A DNA stretch of 64,000 nt, from contig CM120641.1 of assembly GCA_051362555.1 (NCBI GenBank), positions 45,390,401-45,454,400 on the forward strand. The letters are read 5' to 3'. Below are positions 49,101-61,125 of this stretch, in pieces. The DNA comes from Lingula anatina (lineage: Eukaryota; Animalia; Brachiopoda). The notes under the pieces were generated by a model that worked only from the letters and a program-made list of their open reading frames with translations, was not told where the DNA came from and ran no database searches. Both the position numbers and the translations under genes were made by a program. Position 1 is the first letter of the stretch; each line of letters starts with the position of its first letter.

Positions 49101-52100
49101 AATTAAGACAGCTTGTGCTGGTCTGTATGAGGTTTACATTAAATCCAAATTAATGTTTTTATGTGGAATGTTATGGTAGCATTCAGCTTTAAACTGGCAA
49201 CTGATTAGGTAGCGTCATTGGCCGCTGGGCCCTCAATGGAAGCCAAAGCACTGAACACAAAACCATTTTCAAATGGAAATAGTTATTCATTTTATCCTTT
49301 TATTATTCTTTAGATCATTCATTTTACCACAACAAGCTGGTCACCTTCCATTAGCGTGTGTGGGGGACACCAGTCATCAGTCTTGTAGACCAGAGCTGTT
49401 CCAAGGTCTGTGAATTGGGGTCTGCCTTTGGGAAGTTTCAGTTGCTCAGGTATACCTCATCTTGCAGTAATATTTTGAAGTTGATTTATTTTTAATTCAT
49501 TGATTTATGAGTTTTTTTTTTCGTATTAAAATTTATGTGCTTCTCAAAACGTGACAAGTCTGAACATGAAATCTGTCAGGTGTGGTCATATGTGAAATCT
49601 GATATTGTTTAACTTATACAAGTTAATTGCATTTTTGGTTATCAAAATTAACTCTTTATGTTTATTTTTTCATTTATTTATGTTTTTTAACTAACTGTTT
49701 CAAAAGTACTGAAATATATTCAGTGCACCGGGTACTTGCCAGTTGGGTGCTGTTCACCCGAGAAAAAGTAATTGATCTTACTTCAAGATAAGCTTGAAAT
49801 TGAATTCTCAGCTTCTTGTCACACATTTAAATGACATTTTTGAAAAGTTGGGTGCAGGGTGTCAGATATGTGATTGAAGAGTTAATTCTCTCTCCCCTGT
49901 GTCCCTGACGTACAGACTCCAGGGGGGGTTGACAAAATAACTCTGTTTAAAGTTGGTCTTAACTCTAGGTAAGAAAATTTACACCTATTTCGAATCAGGA
50001 TGAATTTGTTGTAGTTCAGAAAGATACAGAGGCTATTGGTCTTATGCATTATCATTTTCTTACATTATGTAAAATAGGCCCAATATCCCCATTTAAGTGA
50101 AATATTGGTCATTTATTTGGGGCTGAAATTGACTAAAATTTTCTTGTATATATTAAAACCAACTTTTAACTCAACTTTTGTTTGTGAAACTTGGTCCATG
50201 GCTTATGCTTGGGGACAATTAACATTGTGCATGCTTAAGAAGTAAATGCAAGGTTGGATCTTATTCATCTCGTCTGTCTACAGATACCACCAAATACAAT
50301 TGTTTACATCATGGGTATGACTTACACCTAAAAATAATGTAGAATTTTTGTGATACCCCCCCCCCTTCTTTTTTTTTTTATGCAACTTCGAAGACAAAGT
50401 ATTTTGTTTGTACTCTTTTTTTTCATTTAGTCTTTGGCATGATAAATTGAAGTGTTCAAATTGAAATTAGTTCGATGACTTGGTCTTGTGGTATTTTTGA
50501 TGAAGATATTTTGAATAGCTTGAAAGTTAAGGGAAAGTTTAATTTGAAGTTATGACTTTGAAGAAAAGATGCAATGACTATATGGTGATATATATGAAGT
50601 ATAGATAAGGTTTCACTGTGGTTAATAGTCCTTTATGTAATGCAAAATAAATTAAGATTACTGCTCTCTACTAGAAGTAATTTTTGCATCCACTGTTATG
50701 AGCGTGTTTGTCACAAAGACCAGTCTGTATAGCCATTTTCATTCACTGTTTGTCACGGAATAACCTTTCACTTTATGAATACTATAGCTGTGCTGCCTAT
50801 CTGGTCTGAAAACCTTTTCACGCGAGTTCATGCCTGTTATGGCTAGGTTAGATAAAACAACTGCAAGGGCTGACTAAAGAAAGTTGCAAGAACGGGATCG
50901 AGAACTTGTTCAGAAGGCATTGTATTGCTCGCGGTTTGAGCACTATAGTTGTACAATAGAGTAACGTGGTTGTAGAAACCAAAGCAGCCAGTCAAGTAAT
51001 CCAACGCAAACTCTGGCTAACCAGGTGTGAATTTGGAAATGTTAGTGTAACTATTGTAGATGGTTCCCTAAAAATAACCATTATAATTCTCCCTTTCTTG
51101 CTCTCTCACTTTTACAGGATTGAATGAAAAACCGCAGACCAGATTACTGAAATGCTCCAACTTTTACTACAACCAGCACTCATGCAGAAATGATCCAAGT
51201 CATAGAAATAAACCCTTTCAGTTGCTGATAAGATTTTGGTGAGTTATGAATCTATTTTCAACACAAGATTTTATCACCTCAAATCTTTACATAAGTCGGC
51301 AAGTCAGTCTCCATTAAAGCCTTTTACACATGGCTATGGGAGACTCAATTAATTTAGTTGACCTTGAAATTGAAGGCATGTTGTTTCAAAAGTGAAATGA
51401 TGAAACAAAGTAAAGATTGTACAAAGCCTACCACTTAACATGGCGATTTGCAATTTTGATTTCATTGAGATTGATTGAGGTAGAGGATGTGTCTCTGTGT
51501 CCACAACTGTGGACTTTTAAGTTTTTTGGAGTGATAAAAGATGTAAATTGAATGAAAAGAATGCACTCTCAACTAACAGCTGGCTTTTCCTTGTATTTTG
51601 TATACAGACAAAGGTGCACTGAGTGACAATGTTTTTTGCACCCCCAGTAAAAGAGACTGGAATGAGGAAACATTCTATAACAGTTAGCACTTTTTTTTCT
51701 CTCTGCTTGAAACCTGAATAAAAGGAGAAAAAAAAGGAAAGACTAAACAGAAGCTTTGAAATCAAGTTTGTTGACTCAAATCCTTAATATGTATAGTTCT
51801 CATGCACTTGTACTATGGTATGCAAAGATGTTTTTTACATCACAAGTCCAAAAAGATATATATTATTTCTGAGGTTTAAGAAAATGAGTCCGAAAGTTCA
51901 TTTTCTTAGGATGTTATAATGCCTGACAGCATGCATGACATGATATGTATGGCTTGCCAGGTGGCTGAAATTGTTACATGTACAATGTATTAGTACTTCC
52001 AAATTTTTGCCATGCCCTTCAGTTGATTTACTGTCACTAAACATTAATATTTTTTTGAAACCAGAAAAGCGGCCTTGAAAATAAAGCTCAGCTCTGTAGA

Positions 52101-55100
52101 ATTGGCAATCATAATGAATGTTTCACTGAAACAAAGCAGCACGTTTCGAATGTTTGTCCTCTGCCTGTTCTGTTTACCAGGATCTTTTAAATGAAATACT
52201 TAGCAAATCATTGGACTTTTATGTTGTTGCCTTATATTTAAATTCAACCAAAACTTGTGTTATGAGCATGCGGCTGATATTTTGTTGATCTTTACATTTC
52301 TTTTTTTTTTATTATTATTGGCAGGTTGAAGATGTGGCACCAAGGAAATTTTCAAATATTAAACTGCCAAAAAGAGGTAGGTAAAATAATCGCATTTTTG
52401 ATTAAAAAATTGTGTATGAAATGTCATTCAGGAAATGGTAAATTGGCTTTATACAACAACAATTTAATGTGAAAAAATGGTTGGGGGAAGAAAGAAAATG
52501 TCACCTTAATTTCTCAAATATAACCAGACCGGAAGAGTTTCTCAAATTTTACTTGGGAATTTCACCTTACTGCACTGACAGGATTGAACAATTATGCTCA
52601 GGTCCAACTGAGAAGTGAAAGCTCGGGTCAGACTATTCCACCTTGAGGTGTGACTTCCATGTTTTCATTTCTAAGAGAATTTGTTTATAAAAAGTGAAAA
52701 GAGTGAAAAAAAATGAAGCAAAAATTTGGGGAATTAGAAATGATGTTTGGAGGAATAAATTGGGTGAAGTTTGAAAAGACTATGTGTGTGTGTGTGGGAA
52801 TCAGATGGCATGTGCAGTGAAATAACTGCCATTTTCATTCAGCTGATGTATCCATCTCCCCATTGGGACTTGTGCCACTAAAGAACTGTGAATCAAAAGT
52901 TGGTCTTTAGTTTTAGACCAAAATGTTAGTTGACTTTGATCAAAGATAAATCAGTAGTTGTTCACTTGAATGAATTATTGCGTTTTTTTTTTTCTAAAAT
53001 TAATTTAGAAAACTGGCCCATGGCTCTCTTGTTGGCCTAACAAGACTGTGCAAGTTCACAGGGCTGACTGAATTGGAATGGTTTGTTAGGAATTATGAAA
53101 AAGAGTTAATTAAAAGAAACTGGGGGTCAGTTTGTAAAAGAGCAGGGTCATGGGAAATGTCAACTCTGTATGGGTTAATAAAGAAGTGCCAAGTGATTTG
53201 ATCAAAACTGATGTAATTATGAAGTAAAAAATTATTACTCTTTCTGAACAACTCCTATTCTACCCTGGTGCCTCCGTAGGTGTTAACGGGGCGTCTTGTG
53301 CACTGTTTTAATACTAATGATAATTGCCTTGAATTAATCAGTGCAGCATCAGCTGTAACTGAGTTGGACAGCATCTTTAATGAAGGTCTTAAATACAGCT
53401 TGAAAAGTTACAGCATGCAGGTACTGAAGGCATGGTTTTAAGAGGGGGGGGGATGAAGGGGTGACTTAACCTGAGGTCCTCTGAGGACATGTCAAAAATG
53501 GTGAGTAATCAATGAATACAAGAAAGGGGCGTAAACCATCATATACTCCTATGGACCTTATTGTTTTATAAGAAACTTACCAATTTTTTTTTACTTGTCA
53601 TTGTAACGGAGAATGAACATATGTGTTATATTTTACACTAATGGGGTTTGGTATAAAAAGGATAGATAGTGTGGTTCGTTGCCCATTTCTTCCTCGTTAG
53701 TCAAGTCTAGACAAGTAGTTGAGGTGGAATTGACCATGATTAAGTCAACAGCTTAAGGGATCTGGAAGGAGCAAGTGTCTCTCAACACCTGGTTAAGTTT
53801 GGAGTAACTATTGCACTGATTCACATAAGATATTTTCATTTAAACTGTATGATTGTGGTGTGATTTCTCAAGTCTAGACAGAACCTTGGACGCTGCCAGA
53901 AGGAAAAGTTGCATGTTTGACAGGAGAGGCATGTTTTTTACTGATAACTAACTAGCAGTTCAAACGTTTTAAAAGGCTTCTCTCTTCATCCATATTGGAC
54001 CTCTGTTACTTGGTTTTATTCTTTAAAAGTATGTATGTTTCAATACGATTTAAAAATTTTACTTAAGTTTGGAATAAGAGATGGTAATTATTTTGTTTCA
54101 TGTTGAGAACTGCAAGTTAGAAGACATTCAGGACATAATTCTTTACTTTGGATATGGTTTCATGTTGCTGTAGCTTGCTACTGGTTCTCCTCAATAAATA
54201 GTTGACGGAGATGACACTAATATTGGATCAGATAAGATGCAAATTAATGGGGATTGCCTTCAACAATCAGAATAGGATGGGTGCAATTTGCTGTGTGTGT
54301 CCTGCTGGAAGTTGGATTTTAGCATGAGAAGGAAGATGGGGAGAACTTGCAATTGATCTTTGTTCTGTACTTGCATTGTGAGAATTCACTACTACATATT
54401 ATAACTGGGTGTGTTTTTTAAAAGTAGACCAAAGTTTGGAGGTGGTGAATGGAGAAGGGGGATAAGGGGTATATACCACTTCTTGATGTTTTTGGTTGTA
54501 ATTGCATATGGTTTCTTCTTACATTAACTTTAAAACATTTAATTCTGTTTCTGAGCATTTTAGAATATTGAGAAGGATTTTAATCTGTTTATTTCAATGG
54601 ATATAGTTAACATTTGTTAAAGGATAAAAAAGAAACTTTTATGGCAAAAGCAGGGCTGGTTTTTGACACAATGAAAACATATCATTCTCAGTCGAAAGAG
54701 GTGAGAAGTCATTCAAACTGAATTTTACAAATTTTTTACCACTTTGCTTTTTATGAGCAACAATACATAACACCTTTTTATTGCTCCCTACACTTTGGTC
54801 TATCGAAAACATCATGTTGCAAACTGACGAGGTGAACTGATGTCAGATCTAGTAACAGTCCCATCTACCAGGTAAACTGCTTTTATGATTATAATTTATA
54901 AAAGTTTGATTATACTTCAATTCAAGAAAAGTTGTGGGAAAAATTCAAGAAGAAAAAGAAGATGTAAAGAGCTATGTGAAGTTAGACATGCTGTCTGAAC
55001 ATTTCACACGCCCATGTTAGAGTTAAATTAAATACTAATAAATTTGAAACGGTACACCCGAAATTGTTAATACGATCCGTTATTGAAGCAGGGATAATGT

Positions 55101-58100
55101 CGGTTATGTTCCCTGATGTTGCTGCCAGTTGCATGATGTGACATTCTTACATGTACCAGATGAGATGACTGACGTCAGAATGGCCCCGTGTATTGTGACG
55201 GAAGAATTTAAGGGGCCCAGTAGGGCAGACCTTTGCGGGCAGCCTTGACTAAGACCAGCGAAAAACCCAGTTATGGGGTATTATTCCTGCTTTCAAAGAC
55301 TTTTATGTTCAGAAACACAGCAAAGTGAAAGGGACCAAGAGTGGTATGTTCAGCAGAATTCATCTGCCTCATCTGGTCCATTTTTCACCATTGTTGTACA
55401 TAAAATGAATGGGTACAACACATGCATGCAAACGTTCATTGGCCATGTGCATGGTACAGCAAACGCAACTTGTAAGCAGCTTTTGTGTGCACTCAGGTGT
55501 AAGGAAATCAAATTAAAACCTATACACCTGCTTGCATAGAACCTGTGTATATAACAGGACCGAGAAAATATGAGCTTTTTAACCAAATAATAGATTACTG
55601 TTATTTGATAGGTCACTGTTCAGGCAGTGCTTGGTTCTTTCTACCTCTATTGCTAAGCACTTTTGTAAAATAGAAGCCCCCAGCCTAGGGAAGTCTGTTG
55701 AAGGTTGTGGTATTCAGCATTGAGAATCCTGTCAGCACATAGTGCAGTAGGTCTCCCATCAGGTTCAGTGATATGTAAGCCAGCAAATACTTTGATCAGT
55801 GTCTTTTTCTCTGGTGCTAGTCCACTTTTCTTCATGGCTGCAGAGGTTCCTAAGATAATAGCAAAAGGTAGGTATGCTTTCACAAATCATGGGATTATCA
55901 GTAAGTTTACCAAACATTTTTTTATGCACAACTTGAAATATGTTCAGCAATATATATTTTAGGGGATATCAATTACCTGAGGTCCTATCTGACAAAAAGC
56001 CTGATTAACTTATGAAGAAGTATTGTCTTTATTAATAATGTATTAGGCAATAATGACATTAGTATGGTTATTAGCATTATGATATCCTTGAGATGAAGAG
56101 GGTTTGGGATGAGTGACAGTCTGCAGATTTCCTTGTTTTAAAAGTTGATAAGGCCATTTTTGAGATGTTACAGAACTGATATTAAAAATTAGAAATCGAG
56201 GAGCTAGCCCTTGTAGTTAATCTTCCTCCTCCTTTTCTCCCAAAATGCTGTTCACATAGCTGCCTTCAAGTTCAGTAAATTTTGAGCCTTTTCAGGAGAA
56301 TTTGTAGAATTCATTCAATTCAGTTTAATTAGTTAAGTTTCATTTGATGAAATGATGGAAAAACTAAGACTTCAAGCCCAAGAGCCAGTCTCTAAAAAGA
56401 ACTCTTAATACCAAATAACTTGGTGCATTTTAATATATATAGGACAAATCGGTTAAAATCTAAGGCACCACTGAACTAGAATCAGTAGTCATTTCTTTAT
56501 GTTTATGAAACCGACCCAACACATGAGCTACTGTATTTAAGTAGACTTGAAACCATCTTTTGGTGCTCAGTACTTAAGTGTATTCAGCCCCTTAGTTTTG
56601 TGTAAGACGGGAGCTCCTTGCCAGTCATTCAGCTGTTCCCAGGTGGGCTGGGCTCTTGGTTCCACCAGCTGAACCTTAGAGAACACGCAGTGAAAAAGAG
56701 AAAGATGTTGTTTTTTGCGTTTCCATGGGCAGAGCCACAAACATTCATAGTTAACACATCAGAGGTCATCGACTTTATTTTACTTAAGTCATTGCTGTCT
56801 TTCAGTTGAAAACATGTTAGAATTGAACCTGGCAAGACTTATTACAGACATCCTTCTGGGGACACGGACCTCGGCATTTAAAGGCAAATCAAGGGTGCAT
56901 TAATTGTTATGTCACTGGGTGTAATACATTTGTTATCACCATGGAGATGAGTGTTTTTCTCCCAGTAAACATCTTGAGAGCAAATAATTTGAATAACAAT
57001 TAATGAGAAATGCTTTTGTCTGATTGGACTTTTACAGATTGCGTACACCTTGGAAAGGCTTAGCTGTGGGTTCAAAGAGCAGACTTTTGAGCAAAATTTC
57101 CAAAAAGCAGGAAATTTGCATCATGCCCTTATCGGAACATTATGTTGGTGTGCCATGCTACATTTTTTAAGAACTGAAATGCATGGGCAGCCATTGCCAA
57201 TGTCAGCCTGTATCTGAATGACAATTTCTTTTTTTTTTTTTTTTTTTTTTTGATAAATAGTGAAATTTTAGAAGTAATGAATTAATTATTTTTATCATAT
57301 ATTTAGTATGTAGTATGTATGTATGTATGCAGCTGCCAGGTTAACATAGGAGCTCACAGATTAGTCTTCGATAAAATCAATGGTAGTCTGCCTTAAAAAT
57401 AAGAACAATGGACCCGATTTGCAAAATTAAAAAAAATAATAATAATAAATGCTATAGACCAACAGTTAAAACTTTTATTTTAGTGCATTTTAGCAGTTTA
57501 ATTCAGTATGCCCTGCCATTTTCAGACAAAATAACTGGCTGACATTATCTTATCCATGATTGCAATCAAGGAGCATTTTTTTTTTTTTTTTCGTTCACCA
57601 CATGAGTGGTGTTAATATTCAACTACTGGTCATGTGCTCAGGGGCTGATCCCTGGTGCGGCATGCTCTTTCATCTCACCTTAGATGTGACCCCATGATGT
57701 ATTTGATTGTTGCATTGTGGGAGAAACACTGGCCCAACGCGTGCATAAACACCTCCTGTGTTTACTTTTGAACTATTCGCCACATCTTGTCAACATCAAG
57801 AACGGGTAGCTTCATTTGGGACCTGGTTCGCGTGTTGTTAACAGCCTTGTAAGATCTGACATGACATAACTTTTAAAAATATTTGGAGAAGATATCTGAT
57901 ATTTTGTTATTGGGCTTTTTACCTTGGCATCACCTTGTTAGCAAAGTTAAATTATGAACAGTTTGTTAAATAAGTTTAGAGAAAAAAGCCACTGCTTCAA
58001 ATGATAGGACCTTGGACACGTTTCGATCAGTTAACACCTGTGGAGTCTTTTCAAGTGTGAAATTTAAAGTAAAATGTTTGTGGCAAGGTTCGGGTTACAC

Positions 58101-60870
58101 CACCATAGATTTTAAAAGTTTTCTATTGAATTTGAACTTGCAACTAAAGTATCAGAATGGGTGGAATGGGGTCCCTAATTGCAAACTTCAAAGAATTGCC
58201 TACAAAAGAGGAGCTCTTCAATGGAAAGAAAATATATTTTTTGAAAAAAGAAAACATCTTTTTTGCTGATACAAATTTTGATGCTTTTGTGGGAGCAAAG
58301 ACATCAATGTCACACAGAAAATTAGATTTGGATATTTAAGAATTTGAGCAATGTGTTTCTGAATGTGTTCTGGTGCTAATACGTAAGGGGCTGACGTATT
58401 TATTTTGTTACCTATTTGTTAAGAATAGGGGGAGGGGTTCAAATCATGCAATGTTGATTTAACAGCTTTTTTTCAGTTAAGTATCTGTTTGGTCTTACAG
58501 AAGCTCCACAAGTGATAATAAGGCGGCGGGAAGAAAAGCACTGTTCAAAAGTTCCTGATAAAGCAGGTAAGTATTTTTTCAGTTTTCACTTTTCTTTATA
58601 CATTTTTTTAGTAAGTTGGAATGCAAGGACACCTTAGGATGTTTTAGGTATAAGTTACTGCATAATGGTGTATGTGAGCAAAGTTTTTGATGGGACTTTT
58701 CTTGATTGTTTTTTTTTCCCCGTCTTTATCCTCAAGAATGCATGGTTTTATCTTTCAAGAAAGTTAATATCATATTATTTCAAGTATAGATATATCTAAA
58801 CAGACAAAATACAAGTAAATGAAATATATGATACTAATCTATGCATGTAACTTTGTATCCCAAAGTTACAGCTGTTAACATGCTGTATAAAAATATTTGG
58901 GACTTCAGTTCAAACATAAATGGTATAGAACTCTAAAATCTTATTTAGTACTTACATGTGAGAAAGCAGGAAGTACATATGCACTGGTACAACATCCAGA
59001 CTGTCCCCCACAGTCAATATTCCAATATGCCCAAGTCTTCAAAACAAAATCCTTGATATGGTGGACCACCTGGTCCAGGGTCTTGCAGTTTAACTTGATT
59101 ATGATGGGGACAAAAATGTCAAAAAAAAAATCTTTTAAGGAAGAAAAAAAATATGAACAATTCACAGTCCCAGTTGTGTGGTAGACTTTAACAATGATGA
59201 CAAAAGCATACTGTGGGAAAGAAGATTACCCAAACCAGTGTTTATGATATTTTGATAATTAAATTTATTGGGAATAATATTGCATTTTCACATATGCTCT
59301 GTGTACCAGGATAAAATAAGAAAATAACTGTAAGTGAATTCAGTGCCAGGTAACCAAAGCATAATTATTGAAGGTGAAACACTAATAAGATGGAAAACAT
59401 TGTGAAGAATATTGATGGGTGTTTGGAAAGGCTCCAGAAGGTGTGAGAGACTGGTAAGCTTGTATGGGGTGTAACACACGATGTGACAGATCATTTATCA
59501 ACATTACACTAATAGCTTCAATTTGTAAGCTGCTGAAAGTTTATCCACATTGTTACTTCATTAACTGATCAACTGTTTTGCAAATGGATGACAAAACTTA
59601 CAGTAGGAAAGGACGGTTGTCATGAGAGTTGTTGCTTTATGTATGACTAATCCCTTTTCAATAAAAGTTTTAACCAGTTTTGACAGTTAACTCTACTAAA
59701 TAATAATTTTCTTTTTAATTATCAGTAATTTATATGTGATAAACTGGAGCTGAATGTCTCATTCACATTTTGTAAGTTACAGATTTTCTTTTCAGCATCC
59801 TTGTATACTTGTATTAACTTTGTGCACCAGTTTTATATTGTTATAAAAGAGTAAGTTTATAAAACTTTGGCAGTCGCAGTATTAAAAAAAAAAGAATTGG
59901 GAGACCATACTGGTTCTATAAAATTTGAGCAATATGGTAGCAATCATGTAATCGTTCATTGGATTTAAGCTGAACATGTGAGATCTTGGCACTGTTTGTA
60001 CCTGCAATTTATACTATTGCCGCTGAGTTTTGTAAACTTTGATTCATACTCTGCTCTCCATTGGTAAAAAAACAAAAGAAAAAAACAATAGGGTTACATT
60101 CCTTTTAATTAAAAGTACCCCCCAGGTTTCTCTGGCTGCCATCAGAGGTGTCACTCCAACATCCTGGAGTAAAGTCATTATAAGGAACCATTATGTACTC
60201 GACATTACTTCATCATGTTATTGGAGGTACACATTTGCCAGTAATCCAAATTTGATAGCGGTTCCTGATGTGTTTATATGTAAGCCTGTGTGGAGCCTTG
60301 TAATTTGGACAGAAGTACAGGGTCTGTTAAGTGACACATGTTAGAGTGACGTTGAGTATGCTTTTTTATCACATAAGCTTTTTTGTTTTTGTGTGTGTGT
60401 ATTTGTGGGTGGACTGAAACACCCATTTTTCTAATAGAGATTGTGTCAAGTACCCAGTGAGGAATGTGAGGAGTGTGACTTGAGTGTGAAGGAGTCACCT
60501 GACGCATCCTTAGTGCCCTCGTCACCACGTTATAACACAGAAGGCAATCATGTTGACCCTCTCACTCATGTGTTATATTTTTTTTCTTCATAGAAGATGA
60601 CTTTCTGAAATACTCATTAAATTGTTATTTTTTCTCCATAGGGGAACCTACTAATTCACTTCGGAGTAGAGACCAATGTCAAAAGCACCGTGTACAGAGA
60701 TTGAGGTATGTTTCTTTTCTTTCATTAAATTTGACCTCTTACTTTTGGCTTCTTCGTCTACATAGCGTGCTGTTAACAAGTGAATGGCCATTATCAGCAT
60801 AATTAACAAACTTGTGCCCCAGCACTTTTAACCACATCCCTGTATGGGCATCTCATTCCCAGCATACTTA

Positions 60871-61125
60871 GGCTTCGTTCACATGCAATGTCTATTTTCT
60901 ATTTTCTATTTTCGGTATGTCTTATGATCACGGTCTGTGCACTGAATATCCCGCGGCGTAATTACTGGCAGCGCGAGCCAGTTACTTATAGTAACTTATA
61001 GTAACTTATAGTAACTGGCTCGCGCTGCCAGTAATTACGCCGCGGGATATTCAGTGCACAGACCGTGATCATAAGACATACCGAAAATAGAAAATAGAAA
61101 ATAGACATTGCATGTGAACGAAGCC
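60871..61125. mobile_element. Young PIF/Harbinger-type MITE with perfect 115-bp arms
   Basis: 60871-60985 is the exact reverse complement of 61011-61125; the spacer is made of TTATAGTAAC repeats; TTA TSD. Confidence 0.92.

Noticed and set aside
54800-54850. CTGACGA plus upstream CGAAA suggesting a hammerhead ribozyme
   Set aside because: Stem I cannot form and the cleavage triplet would end in G; a simple hairpin explains it better.
58674-58696. GTGAGCAAAGTTT resembling the miR-87 5' end
   Set aside because: The 3' half diverges and there is no complementary precursor arm.
59985-60027. CTTGGCAC miR-96/182-like seed
   Set aside because: The hairpin is too weak and short for a pre-miRNA.
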